In this document: piece by piece, positions 50,152 through 64,000 of the stretch | Position numbering within the stretch: position 1 is the stretch's first letter | Layout of the letters: each line of letters begins with the position of its first letter | Assembly (NCBI RefSeq): GCF_964355755.1 | Contig: NC_092670.1 | Coordinates: 40,908,388 to 40,972,387, forward strand | Direction of reading: 5' to 3' | Source of the DNA: Antedon mediterranea | Lineage: Eukaryota; Animalia; Echinodermata | Length of the DNA stretch: 64,000 bases | Position numbers and translations under genes: made by a program | Notes under the pieces: generated by a model | The model's input: only the letters and a program-made list of their open reading frames with translations | Database searches by the model: none | What the model was told of the DNA's origin: nothing

Positions 50152-51873
50152 TTAGACTAATTCCACCAACTTTGTACTAAGTTTGTGGTTGTTAATATTA
50201 ATGTAATAATCAATACATTTCATTAATAATTTTGATGTCATTAAAATCATTTTAATACATAGAGTTAAATCAAATAGTAAATGTAATTATTAAACAATAT
50301 TGTATAATCTTAATACCTAAATGCAATGAAAATTTACAAATACAATAGTAATCATTCTGTTACAATCCATTTAATATCAATTATGCGATAAACAGAATAG
50401 GTTTAAACAGTAAGTATACTTTTAATAATGATTGTATTAGTGACACTGTGAGGGTGGTTTACAATGAGTGTGGTCCCCCTAAGTTTCTATCAATCACAAG
50501 ACACACAATTTGGCACAGGGGAATATACGACTTCTATGTATACATTTTCTGGCAACTTTATGACAACCCAAATAAAGCAGTTTGTAAATTAAATGTAGGG
50601 TTCTGATTGGTCAACATTATTCTGTGCGTATACAACTATTCTTATATAACACGGTTTGTTCATACACTCTCATATTACATACTTATTACATACCTCTATC
50701 GGTCAAGCTATAGCTCTAGTTAAATTTACACATCTAGTCTAAGAACAACTCACTTCCACTCAATATTTATGCTCATCATTTTTATAGCAACATTTAAAGA
50801 TAAGAACATAAATCATTGTTGCTTAGTGAATATTAGTGATTGCCACTGAAACTGATTATGAAACTAAGCATTAATTTATTTCAAAGAAACAAATAGTATT
50901 TTATTAGTGTTTTTATTATATTGTTTGATTATATACAGTCAACCTTCTAATTTAAAAACCTCGGCTATTTTAGGGACGATCATTGTTATATTTGGAAAAC
51001 TTAGATTTTTGTGAAAAAAGTTATTATAATTTGGAAAAAAAATGGATGAGTAAAGGTGACTTTGACTGATATTGAAATAAAATTTGCATTTACAAATTGC
51101 TTTTAGACCAAGGGGTATGTACATCAGATAGTTGACTCTACATGTATCATCAAACCAATATTGTACATTCATTCTAATATTTAATACAATGTAATGTTGA
51201 ATAAAAACAAAAGTTCAACAATATCATATCAGTAAAAATGAGATATTATAAGTAAATTTACAAGTTCATCACAGATAACTAAAATGTTATGTTTATAAAT
51301 TTGGATTTATTAAGTAAAATAGTGAACAATCTGAGTGAGAATAAAAATATAAACTTCTGTATTTAAAATAATCTATATTCATGGAAGGTGAGAACTGCAG
51401 TTTTTGTAATCTGTTATTTACATTGAAAATGAGACGATTGAGATAAAAATAAAATTGTATTAATATTCAAGTTCCCCATATTTAAAATGATAACGTTATT
51501 AACTAAATATTATTGAACAAACATTAGTTAATTATACCAAGGAAGAGTGAAATTACATTTCAGTCTTCCCCGATTATAGCCCTTTCACATTGTTTAGCAA
51601 AACCTGGAATTTACACACACATCAGGGCGACAAGAACGCTAGTTGGTCATACCCAGTACCATTTTGATTTTACAATCATTCGGGAAACTACCTCACGATT
51701 CTAAACGATGGTGTTGACACCCTTGTGTGTTTAAACTCTGGAGTTTCGATAGGCAATATAAAAGGGGTATTAGGTGCATTAAACAGATATAACAAAGAAT
51801 AGTTGAAGGGAATTATAATGAGGGTGATTTAAGATAAACTTAGAACATAATATATGGGAAACTAAGTAGCATC

Positions 51874-54800
51874 TCAAACATCTTCAAGCCGATGATACTG
51901 GCCGTCATCGTCTGTGGTCAAGCCTGAAGCACAACAAAAGAAACGTGTAAAAGCAAATGAATAAAGAGTGCATTGTGTAAAAAGCAAAGAAAAAATAATA
52001 TATGGAATTAACAAACCATAATAATAAGCTCTGTCTACACTACCAAACTTTATGCGACAACAAAATGTGATGTGACCATATATGGACACAATGATGTCAT
52101 ACTACTACCATATTTGTGCACATCACACTTTTTTGTCAAACTAGTATGACAGTGTAGACAGAGCTTTAAACAAAAACATATTTGCAAATTAATTTGAAAT
52201 CAATTTTGGTTCAATATGGCATCATTGTTGTTGGTAACCTGGGAGAATTTTTACCAATATTAAATTGAATACCAACCATATTGAAATTTTGAATGAGAAC
52301 TAAGCTGAAAACAATACTGAGCATAAGCTGTTCTAAGCATACACTTTCTGCTTATACATGGTCATTACAAGGTACACACTACTGTACTGTACATTTACAT
52401 CCACAGTCCATCAACTACCATTATGAAATATAGGAATGGTTGGAGATAGGATATTAAAAGTATTATCTTCCATTGAAGAAATTAAGTTTTATTTAAAAAC
52501 AACATTAGAAATTTCAGAAATTGGAATGTTAATAAAAGTATTACAGGACAGATGGTGAAGTGTGGAAAGTCATCCAGCAATGGGAGAATGAAAATGAGAA
52601 TAGAAAAAAAGTAAATATCATTTACTGACTACAAAAAAAAACAAAAACAAAAGGTTAATCTAAAAATTAGCAAAGCGATTTAGTTTATCCTATAAACTAA
52701 AATTTAAGATTTCACAATTTCTGTTAAATTTTTAAAAGATACTGTATTTAGATTTTAATTTCTTAGCAAGATTATACTTATTTTTCTTGTAAAAAATTAA
52801 TTTACTATTAATATGCTTGTTTAAGTGTTAATATTAATTTATCCTTTAACCTAACATTTACGAGTTGCTGTTAATTTTTAGTTATTGTATCTAGATTTTA
52901 ATTTATTAGCAAGATTATACTTATTTTTCTTGTAAAAAATTAATTTACTATTAATATGCTTGTTTAAGTGTTACTATTAATTTATCCTTTAACCTAACAT
53001 TTACGAGTTGCGTTTAATTTTTAGTTATTGTATCTAGATTTTAATTTATTAGCAAGATTATAATTATTTTCCTTGTCAAAATTAATTTAATAATATTCTT
53101 TTAATAATATGGTTTTTTTTTCAATTATAGTGCTTTAGTTTACAGTATAAATTAAAATAATGATCCAGTTAGTTGACCTTTAACCTAAATAGTTATTTGC
53201 ATACAAATTAGCTTTTTTAAGTACATCTGCATTATTTATTATTTTAAGTACGGTAGGCAGGCAAACAAATGATTGTGAATATGAATCCTTCAGAAGACAG
53301 AGGAAATGAACAAAACAGATCTATTCACATCGACATTTATTTTTGTAAAACAAGTCTATATCAAATCAAATTTTATTGTCCTTTCTTATAGTGTCCTAAA
53401 TAAATATTTCGTTCTAAATAAATATTGCATACATTTGTATAGTAATTGCAAGTTAAACATCTAAGTTTTCTAATTGAGCATGAATTAAGCTACAACATCA
53501 TTCGCACAATCTCTCCCTACCTTTATAACGAAAACTTACAAAATGTCTTTATCTAATTCTACAAGCAAAATATAAACCATATATTTGTTTAATTTAAATT
53601 TTAACAAAAACGAAGACAAGTTGATGAGAAGAATGAAAAGAAGGAGGAAGGTAGATCAGTCACTGCCATCGTCATGTAAAAGACCTGTGGAGTAGTGTAT
53701 GTATTCATTACATTACAATTATTGTGTGATGACGTAAAGACCTGTGGAGTAGTGTATGTATTCATTACATTACAATTATTGTGTGATGACGTAAAGACCT
53801 GTGGAGTAGTGTATGTATTCATTACATTACAATTATTGTGTGATGACGTAAAGACCTATGGAGTAGTGTATGTATTCATTACATTACAATTATTGTGTGA
53901 TGACGTTTTTTGTTGCAAAAATTGTATTTATTTGTTGTAAGGAAAATTGTTTGATTTTGATACTTTATTATTGCAATTTTCAAGGTTATTTTTAATTTGT
54001 TGATGAGCATTAATTATTATTATTATAATTTATATTCTATTTTAATATAAGTACATTACTTAGAATAATTTAGTGAATTCAATAAAATTATATTTTTTAA
54101 ACAAAGGCGATATGATATAATGAAATTGCTGAAGAATATTGAAAATGAAGACAACACACGACAAATTTCTTTCTTTCAAAACGAATTTAGTTCTAAAGAA
54201 TAATTAACATATTATTATTAATATAGAGCCAACGGGTTGCTACCGTATGGATTTTATTTAAATCATGAAACTGGTTTTTGAAATGCATCTCCTGCTGAGC
54301 ATGAATAAATAGTATGAGGAATGGGTTTTTTTTTTCAGGGTTGGAATGTTGGTTCCTTCTTATTATTTCACCGAATTCTGTTTTGTAATTCTTTTTGTAT
54401 TTATTTTGTATCCTGTTTTGACAGGACCATATAAAAGGGTTAATTATTTGATATACAATAGACCCTCATTTACATATCAAAGGTGATTTGGAAACTTGCC
54501 AGGAGTGGTTTAGGTTTATAAGTAGTATTGTTCGATTGTTATATTTACATATGAAGTTTATGGTTCTTTGTATTTAAAACTATGCTTACCATATTTACGC
54601 CTAATTTCATCATTTCTGGCTTTTCTATCTGCTTTCCTAAAAGAAAATATACATTTGTAAGTTAGAATAAAAGTATTATTATTATCCATAACATATTTGA
54701 CCAATGAAGGGAAACAACCAAGTGTAAAGGAAAGTGGTGACCATAGTGGAATTCATGATACAGTAGACTGGTCTGATAAGTACTGAACTTAAGTTTAAAA

Positions 54801-57336
54801 GGAGCAGGGTGATATAGATTTTAAAAAATGCACATACTTCTGGTCATGTCTTAATTGTCTGTCTTCTTTTTGGCGTTCAACTTTTGCATCTTCTTTAGCC
54901 CATCTTTAGGAAGAAAACAAGCAATTGATGAGAATAGAATGGTTAACTTGTCTGATGAATGAAATGTTGATGAATTGAATTGAATTGATCCATTTTAGTT
55001 ATTCATGATGGTGACAATGATAGTTGTGAGCTTAACATGCAACACTTTCTCCATTGTTGAAAGTAAGTCAGCTGCTAGTGTTGGGTTTGTATCCGGACAC
55101 TAGTTTATTACTTTGTGGAACAACAAAGTCAACAATGCAGTAGATTAGAATCAAGCTAACAACTGATGTCTATCATTTATGATCCATTTTATGAGCAGAA
55201 AATTCAGTTTTCCAGGTTACACTGCACATAACACCATTTGCAATGCAAAAGCTAGAATTAGGTTCAGGTTCTACCAGTGAAACAGTTCTTATTTATTTTT
55301 CCTATTTAAGTTATTGTGAATGTATGCTTCTTTTATTTCTTGAACTGTTAAATAAATGTGTGTTGAATGAATCCATTAGTAATGCAATAATATACTCACT
55401 TGGCACTGTTGTTACTCTTACAACAACAACATCTACAGACACAATATGTAATTGCTATAAGGATGATGCCTGCAATCACTCCCATACTAATCAGTAAGGC
55501 TTGAAAGTTTACTAGAAAAAAATACAGTAATAATAAAAACTATCTGCTATACATCACACACTACTACTAGGCCTACACTAGATTACAAGTAAATAGTATA
55601 ACATTGTTTTATTTCACCTTTGCACAAACAAAGTTAAGTCACATTTTAATATTAAAGAATACAAATATCCTTATAAATTAGACATCCTATAAAGTAAGAA
55701 ATAAGGATGTCTAAAATTCTGATAAATCTTCAAGTCTGTTTTAATGTTCCAATTTATATAGTATGAATTTGTTTGTATTACAAATAAAACACATTAAAAT
55801 CATCCAGGCTCCATAACAAAATGATGGAGATCCTGAGATGATCTGATACCGGTATTTTTTTTGTGTCTGCCTTTTTTATTTAAACTTATTTATGCAATTA
55901 ATTTTGTAACTATAGACGTCCGTTTCCGAAATAAAAGTAAAAGTAAAACATTGTAAAAATTGCCACAATTCACTGCTAGTGTGATTAATAAATCAAATAA
56001 ATTTTGAGCTAAAACAACCAATATTTCCTCATCTTGACTAGAGCACACAATATACACAGTCCCAATTGAAACATTGGACAAAAAACATAATTTAATATCT
56101 AATTTGTAATGTTTGAAAACAACAGCTTACTTTTACATGTTCCCCATCTTGCATTTTTCAATTTACAATCTTTGGTTGGAAAAATATCTCCGACTGGATA
56201 ATCCGCACATTTGTTCTCAGTTGAACAGTAGAAACACTTTTAAAGAAAGAACAGTATAATAATAAAGCATTTTTAAAGCAATCTTTACCAGAATATCACA
56301 GCGCAGATCTATGATAATGATAAAGTAAATAAATATCTTAATATTAATTGTTTTAAAAACATAATTTTTATTCTATATCTGTATTGATGATCGTAACTGT
56401 ATGTAAACAAATGTAGATTTTGGTGACACCTGTCCATGATGAGTGACACCTGTCCATGATGAGTGACACCTGTCCATGATAAAAATGTATCAAATGACTC
56501 AAATAATAGTACAATCATTTTACTTTAAAAAGAACTTACTTTTCCACCAGGAATACTAAGACACTTGTCACAATCTGAACCACTCATATCTGCACATGCT
56601 ACACAAATAAAAACAAATCATTGCTATTTAATTATAAACAATAAAATTAAAATTTTGTTTAATAATTATCAATTGTAATGTTATCTCCTTGTTTTCCTTT
56701 CATGTTAAAAAGCTGTTGGTTGTCTTTCTCGTAATTCTAAATGTAATCTTCTTTATGTGCCGTATCAATGTATTTATGAATGGATTTATCTCAGGCATTT
56801 GTCTTCTTTTTAATAATTGATAAAAATAAAAGATAATTCTATTGATCTGTTTTTTTACCGTTATAATTGTTTTTGTAATAAAATTAGTAAGACTGTAATG
56901 TATAATAACTTTGTATTGTATAGGTCTTAAGATATATATATTATATATTATTCCATTCTGTAAAGGGGCGGGCTTCCCGCTGTTGAATGAGGTTATGAAA
57001 AAAATAAAGCCCTAGGCCTAATAACTTGTGACTTGTCATCATCATGTGATAACTTGTTCTACTTTCTACACGACTACCTGTATGTAGTGTATGTACTACT
57101 AGAGGCCTATTCATGATTGCCACCATAATAAACAAATATAAAGCTATATTTGCTTCCACTATTACAAGCATACTCCACACAAATAGCTTAACCTGGGCTC
57201 TAGGCCTATCTATGTACTTACTTGGCGCAGGCGTCGTTGGGTTAGCCGAAGTCGGTTCATCAGTGGCTGTTGATAACACAGTCGATAGCAGTGTGCCTAG
57301 CACCACCAACAATAAAACGCCTTTTAAACACATCAT
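51874..57336 (-). CDS. PTTG1IP: Pituitary tumor-transforming gene 1 protein-interacting protein (PBF): signal peptide, PSI domain, TM helix, Cys cluster, basic tail
   Basis: Exons (approximate): 57336-57222, 56598-56540, 56236-56131, 55512-55400, 54904-54838, 54636-54590, 51923-51874. Motifs: CFYCSTENKCADYPV..CKLKNARWGTCKINFQALLISMGVIAG..CCCC..NDEIRRKYGL..YHRL. Confidence 0.92.
52027..52165. mobile_element. MITE family A copy
   Basis: AGCTCTGTCTACACTACCAAAC...AGTGTAGACAGAGCT. Confidence 0.8.
52748..53090. repeat. AT-rich ~144-bp tandem duplication (about 2.4 copies) in a PTTG1IP intron
   Basis: TAGATTTTAATTT.TTAGCAAGATTATA recurs at about 52748, 52892 and 53035. Confidence 0.75.
53671..53905 (-). 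repeat. 57-bp tandem repeat (4 copies) containing a PTTG1IP 3' splice site
   Basis: GACCT(G/A)TGGAG starts at 53682, 53739, 53796 and 53853. On the minus strand each copy reads CTCCACAG|GTCTTT (one copy has CATAG). Confidence 0.9.
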
Positions 57337-58289
57337 ACCGCTTTTTATTTACACCACACGGTAATACTGGATAGTTTAGTTATTTAATGCAATATTTAAT
57401 TTCTCTTTCCAATTTATATTTCAACGAAAGTACTAAAATATCAATCGAAAACAACACAATATAAAAATCAACCCAATTATCAAAAATGTTTTCTTTCTTA
57501 CGTACGTCGTCGATAATTCGATCACTTCCGTATTGTTTACAAAGGTCATTAAACTTATTTTTATCGTCCGATTGATACGCATCCGTGAACACTGTTTGGT
57601 TTATCTTTGTTTTTTAAACTTTAGAACACGATATAAATATAAAAACAATGATGATTTACTTAATAAATATGACGATAATAAATAATGATATTGAATCATT
57701 TTAAATTTAATATTTTATAAATTTTAAAAGTAAAATTGTGTTTCATATCAAGAGGGCGACATCACCTTCCGCAGGTCAAACAAAACTCATTAACCCGTGA
57801 CGACAAAAACAAATAACATGTTTTTAAACTTGTAAGTCCTGAACATGATGTTACATAATAGTTAATGTAAGTGATGGCGCTACTTAAAACAAAGAAAGAA
57901 ATATAATGTAGTTTACATTTCTAGGGTCAACCACCATTATGTAATATAGAATGGGAGAAGTCTGTTTAATAGACTGACTCTGATTAAAAATGCCTACCAG
58001 CAGAGTACCAGCATTGAACTTCTTCAAGTCATTCTAAAACTAGACTAGTACTATTACTAAACTTCCAATAGATAGAGGCAAAGCAATTTTAGGTTGTTTA
58101 AAAACACAATACAATTTACAAAGTTCAATTTGTATGTAGTAATCTTCTTTACTCAGCCAAATTTATTCAATTAAGAAAGTGCCTTTTTAGTCTAATCTAA
58201 GTAGTATACTGTGATAATGGATGGATATGTCTGTTTTCAGGTCACAGCATTATTTATTGAGAACGAGACAATAATAAGATAATAAGAAA

Positions 58290-60085
58290 ATGACTTTCAA
58301 CAAAGAAAAAACAGCTGTAAAACAATGGCATGATGGGATTGACGGCTTACTGTTCGAGACAAAGACAGGTGTGTACCACTCGATGTAGGAAATCATTTGT
58401 CCACAACTCTATTCATGTTTCCAACACAACATTCCAAAGATAGTTTGTTTACTTGTTTACTACTGTATATAGTTTTAATGTATTGTATTGATATTTTTAA
58501 TGTTTTATACTGCCACAACTTTAGTAAATAATAGATTGAGAAATGTTATCATGCATGATGTTCCCAATGACGACATAGGCAGATAAATAATTATAGAATA
58601 TTTGAATGAAAGTTCATATGTTCTGGTAAAAAATATAAAGGTGAAATGTGTCGAAACTCAAGTTATGTTGAATTTTGTGCTGTAAGTTTGTTTAAAGATG
58701 TATTGTTCCTTGAAACACAAAAAAATGGAGGTCAAAATATTCTAAATTTAAAGTGGCCATATCAAAGTAATATTAAAGTTATTCACTTTAAGTCGAAAAT
58801 TTGAGCCAAAAACAAGAAGTTTACGTAATTAACAGGTAAATTAGTTTGATTACATTTCATCTGCAAAATCGTCGCGAGCGAAAGTAAACAAAGATTTCAA
58901 ACCATGAGTATGCATTATGCATATGCTAATTAGGATTGTTTACAACTCGTCACGGTTGAGAAGGTATTTTCACACAGATCATAAGGAAGTTTTATGATTA
59001 TGCATACAGAGTAGCCAAACAAGCGCGTTTCATTATGGGATATGTTTTGATCAAAAACTTTGACTGGAAGTCAAAGTTATTTTTTTAACAAAAAAACGTC
59101 TGTATTTCAGTTAAATGATTTTTTTTTTCGAAAAATTTTTGGTGATAGTATATTAATAATAATTATGATGATAATTATGATAATTATTATGATACTTCAA
59201 AATGAGCCACCTTTTTCCAAAATCTTTTATTTTTTATTTTTTGGGAATTAGTCAAAGGGACAATACATCTTTAAAAAACATTTTATAAATTAGAGAATAG
59301 TTTGACCTTTTCTTTTATAAATTAAAAATTTATATTTTATATTCACAGGTTCTCTCAACTGGTATTCATTTACTAAAATATTTGTGATGCTGTTTGATAA
59401 AGATTGGAATGGTCTTATCGTACAAAAACTGAATGGTGGTTTGGTGTTTGTCCGAAATCAGCATGTTAGCATTAATCCAAATGCATACACATATCTTACC
59501 AATCCTAATGTTGGTTTTCAGCATTTTATAGACATCACATATTGTGGAAAATCATCTTACTCAGCCTTGCAACTTGTATCGGATAACCATGGTAACACCC
59601 TTGCATCTAATCGCATTAACCTTGTTTATGTTGACATGGAAACGCGTAAGAGTATGCACTTGCCCGAGTTTTTTTGCGAAGCGGTCATAAAATCACATCC
59701 TTTGTCAAAAGCAAACCAGAAATTTGACTTGAAAGAATTTACTTGTCCAGTCGATTATTTTAAGATGGATATCACGGTTGTTTACACAGATCTCGACACA
59801 AATGGCCATGCTACACAAACATCGTACATCAGACATGTTTTGAATACGTTCATAGCAGGCGGTGGTTCAACGGTGCTAGGTAGCTTAACAATTAATGATA
59901 TTTTGACAATGCAGGAGTTTAGGTCTTCGTATGAAAGTGAAGCCAATCTTGGCGATAAACTTGTTGTTAAAGTTTGGTATGATAAATACACTGGGCTTCA
60001 TGCTCACATTGTTGACAAAATAAATCCAGAAAAGGTTTTCGTTCGCGCAAATCTTGGAGTAGGAAACATTGTAGCTAAGCTATAA
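58290..60085 (+). CDS. Double hot-dog fold acyl-ACP/acyl-CoA thioesterase-like protein (about 270 aa)
   Basis: Exon 58290-58368 (MTFNKEKTAVKQWHDGIDG..) splices in phase 1 to 59349-60085. The first hot-dog repeat has YCGKSSY..LVYVDMETRKSMHLP and the second has TDLDTNGHATQTSYIR..SYESEANLGDKL. Confidence 0.75.
58696..59270. mobile_element. Non-autonomous TTAA-specific DNA transposon (Kolobok-like)
   Basis: TTAA-AGATGTATTGTTCCTT...AAGGGACAATACATCT-TTAA: a TIR starting with AG and a TTAA duplication. Confidence 0.8.
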
Positions 60086-61139
60086 TGATTATTATTGATT
60101 ATTATTGATTATTTAATTACCTACTGTATATAATTGTTTGTTGTAATGATTTTCATTTTTATTGGAGGCCCTTGAATATTCATCAACCCACTAGGCTAAA
60201 CTGGAAGGGTATCCTTTTTAAAATGGGTGAAATAAAAATATATCATTTGTACTTTGGTAAGATACTGTTATACTGTTGAGGATAATAAATGTACATGGTT
60301 TAATCATATCATGTCTAACAATTATGTATTTCATCAAATCAAGGGTAGTATGTCATTAGTATGTCATTTAATACATTGTACAATTTCACATTAATTCCAC
60401 AAGATAGTAAATGTTTAATTATTTAACATTACATGTATTATTTTTATAGTTTGTGTGAAGAGTAAGTAACATTAGTCGCGATCATAACAAGAAAAAAATA
60501 AATAAAAATTATTATTATGTCATAATTGTTACCCTAAAAATCAATAATTAGTTAAAGAGCAAATATTTAGAATAGAATTATTATTATTTCTCAAACTAAA
60601 TCACACAAATTAAAGTTCTTTATATATAATAATAAAGTTAAATTAATATATGGCCATTATATATGGTAAAATATCTAAGTTATGTATATTACAAACTATG
60701 TTTTGTAGTAGGTCTAAACCTACATACAGCACATCGTTGGGTTAGGGGGTTAGGGGGTTAGGGGTTTGTACCGTCTAAATCTACATTAGAACGTGATTTT
60801 AGCCAACTAACACACTTGGGTTTATGCGCATACTTAAGATTACTTGTCTTATTTTATTTGTCTACTCTAGAATATTTTTTATGTGTTAGAATTAAATGTT
60901 TTAGTTAGATAAACTTTCAAATCTGTTATTGCACACAAAAGCCATTAAAAATTATGTTTCTATTTCTCAAACCAACAATTATGACACTCTTAAAATACCT
61001 GTATTTCATAAAATCGAAGCAAACTAAATTCACAATAAACAGAATTTCTCTACTAAATTCAGAAATGATTTATGAAACTTTTTCTAACTGCAGAAAGTCT
61101 TTTTGTTCATATTTTGTTTGATGAACTTTTAGTTGTTTT

Positions 61140-63452
61140 CTAGTATAGGTTCATTTGTATTAGCCTTTTACAGTTGTGATCCAGTGTATGATTCCTCCAT
61201 AGATTCTCAAGGAATGAGTAACGTGCTTCATTTAAGATAAGAGGCTTACCCCTCCTGTAAAAAGAACAAAAGGTAAATTCAATCTATCACTCAATTTAAC
61301 AGTATTATATAATTTTAATGGGTTTTTTTTCGTTTTTGTTTCTTCTTTAATGTCACTAATAATATATTGCATGTGTGACGTGTACAGTACTTTTTTTGCC
61401 ATCCTACACAGCACCCAAGGAACCATGCCTTGCCTCTCGTTATTTGGAGTAAGTTTTATACTATGTTATTTAAATATAATCAGTGCATTTATTGATAAAT
61501 GGAAACAGGGTTAGGCAAATAAACTTTAATTTGGTTATGTTTATTATACAATGCATTTCTTACTTGAGTCCACTATCTTCTTCTCCGTAATGGTCAAGGT
61601 AAACAGATGACCAAGTACAGGACCGATTGCCTCGATATATCATTATATTAGAGGAATCAATGGACAGGTATATGGCAGTACCAGATCCACACACACTTGC
61701 ATGCTATCAATGAAACAAAATATACAATTATAATACAGAACATACTGCAACCAAAAAGACATCAATGTTGTATGCAATCAATAGATATACCAATCCATTA
61801 GCTTATTTTGATCTTTTTCCACACTTCATTTGCATTACATCATTATTACTCTGTATTCTATGTTTAAATTAAGTGTGGAGAAACCAAATAAACAAACAAA
61901 CAATCCTGCAATTCATATTAATTTTACAATATATTAGATCAGTGACTTTAGTATCAGGGATACCAGTCAAATTAATTAAAATCGAATATGAATCTCAATC
62001 ATGAAATATTTTCCCCAGTTAACTCATAAACAGATTTTGCATTTTCATTTAATTAAAAATGTTTATCCAAATAAAACGTTACCAATCCGCCTTCATTCTT
62101 GGGTCTCAGCTTGCAGCATGTAGCGTTTAAACTAATGAGGTTGCCGCATACTAGACAAAGTGCTGGACTCTTGAGGGCAGCATAACACAAATTGCACTTC
62201 TGCTTGCTGTAGTGTTGAAACAATTTGCTGAAGTCATGAGGAAGTTGGATGAGATGTGGAACAGAGTAGTTAGCATGATTTAATGCCAGTAATTGCTGTA
62301 AACAAAAATGTGTTTACAAAATATATATACAGTATAAAAGAATATAAATATAAATCAAAGAGCTGCATAGGCAGGGTAGATAGAAAAAATCAAAATCAAA
62401 CAAGTTAAATCCGCCTCAATATAAATTTATTAACATGACATGTTTTAGACATAGCCCATCATCAGGTGAAGAATACAAGAAGTTGTCTTTCTTATGTAAC
62501 AGGAAAATCTCAAAGTATGGTTTTGTCACGCCTCGAACTAACTTGGGCTGTGTTCAAAATTCAAACTCACAAACTGAAAACAAACCTGAGTTTGTGAAAC
62601 AGATCGTATTGCTACATTGTCAAGTTCCGTACACCATTTTAAAATGGTTGCCAGGTCGCTAGTGTTGACGTCGTCATTTCTTACTACGTTTGTTAGCTTC
62701 AAATAGCTCAGGAGTGTGTCAAATTCAGATTCTCCTTCCTAAAAGATAAATACAATTAGAACATTATATTAGGTGACAATTTAATAAATTTCTTTTAAAA
62801 TTATTTTAAATTAGCACATTGGGCCTGTAGATTAGCTTTCCCACTAGCCCAAACTAAATTTTACCAGCCATCCATAGTTTTAAGACAAAGTTTGTTTGTA
62901 TGCCAGAAATCAAATAAAAATCCTATTTTATACTTTTATAGAAACAAATTGACTGTCCAAAACAATCAGTTGCTTTGAGATTTTACAGGCGTGTGGTGGG
63001 TTTACCGGTCATTGGTCAGCGAACTAAATCTGACACTGATACCTTTGAAGCTGGAAGGTCAACACGATACAAATAATGCTGTAGTAAAGATGCTATCTGA
63101 ATAAAGTTCATTGATCCTTGCTCTACTTCATTCAAGATACTGCCTCTTGTCCACACGGTTGAAGTTATCTAAAAGACGAAATACAACGAGGTTGATTGGG
63201 GATACCATTATATCAACTAACACAAAGAAAAAATAGAAAAATCAAATAGTTTTATGTTTTACCTCTTCAACATCCATCAACAATGTTGATTGGAGATACC
63301 ATTATATAAATTAACACAAAGAAAAAAATAGAAAATACTTTAAAGTCTTTTACCTCAACATCCATATGTGCACCTTCTTGATACAGTTTACCCCGAATAA
63401 AATATCCAATCACAGAACTCAGAATTTTCTCAACAGGGCACCCACCAAACCC
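61140..63452 (-). CDS. UBR3: 3' end of E3 ubiquitin ligase UBR3 (5' end outside the window)
   Basis: Exons (approximate): 63452-63354, 63168-63043, 62738-62586, 62296-62083, 61703-61564, 61254-61140. Translation includes PHLIQLPHDFSKLFQHYSKQKCNLC..PALCLVCG..HASVCGSGTAIYL..WSSVYLDHYGEEDSGLKRGKPL, the UBR3-type C-terminal domain. Confidence 0.9.
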
Positions 63453-64000
63453 CTGTAAAATACAAAAAGATCATCTGTAAAGATATATTCATGTTTTTAT
63501 TCCTATTTATTCCATATAGAGCCTATGATCAAGGAGTGTCTCGAACCTGTGCCACCGATATTATGATTGTGGTCATGGCAAATAAACCACGGAATAAATA
63601 ATTACTCTATGATCAAACAAAATTAAGTGCTGAAACCTTATTTATCTATTAAAATAAAAAACATGTATACACCCATTGAGACAGGATCCTGTGCTGTGCA
63701 GATTCAGCTGTGCTTATGGCCCATTAACAAAACTACTTATGTACATACTTACATACTGTTACTTATAACATAAATAAGATAGAATGAAGTGGGTAGATGT
63801 TTATAAGAACAGTTTTCATTATATAAATTTGGTAACAAGTAAATGACATTGAAAACTAAAACATGTATGACTAAATAGCAGCATAGACTGTGTTCATGTC
63901 AGGTGGCAGCAAAGTCAGGAAACAGCTAGGAAGGAAATAATCATATATATTTAAATTTCCAAAGTAAAAACAGATAAATATTAACAAGAATTGTCATCAA

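Noticed and set aside
60739-60765. Telomere-like GGGTTAGGGGGTTAGGGGGTTAGGGG
   Set aside because: Only three variant units; too short to call an interstitial telomere, though it could form a G-quadruplex.
61564-61703. Suspected frameshift in a UBR3 exon
   Set aside because: Re-reading gives an uninterrupted frame (SIDSSNIMIYRGNRSCTWSSVYLD).

Overview
AT-rich, intron-containing genomic DNA from an invertebrate animal. The protein sequences look deuterostome-like, possibly echinoderm, but the taxon cannot be fixed from the sequence alone. By manual splicing I can reconstruct seven genes: the 3' end of a giant titin/twitchin-like muscle protein (+, 147-12503), SLC18B1 (-), prolyl endopeptidase PREP (-), a single long reading frame joining AT-hooks, a ZNF512-type zinc-finger array and a GTF3C2/TFIIIC110 WD40 domain (-), PTTG1IP (-), a double hot-dog thioesterase-like gene (+) and the 3' end of UBR3 (-). 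Introns and intergenic DNA hold several MITE families, minisatellites, a palindromic ~197-bp satellite and tRNA-like elements. The most notable observations are: (1) an apparent ZNF512-GTF3C2 fusion gene; (2) a titin-like kinase whose catalytic loop reads HLALRPQS, predicting a pseudokinase by a different lesion than vertebrate titin; (3) repeated tandem duplication of exon/intron junctions in six of the seven genes; (4) a fully folding intronic tRNA-like gene with an ATC anticodon; (5) two alternative last exons of PTTG1IP, with and without the YxxPhi sorting motif; (6) a Penelope-type minimal hammerhead remnant. Homology calls come from recalled family motifs, not from database searches. Exon coordinates were read by eye and may be off by a few bases.
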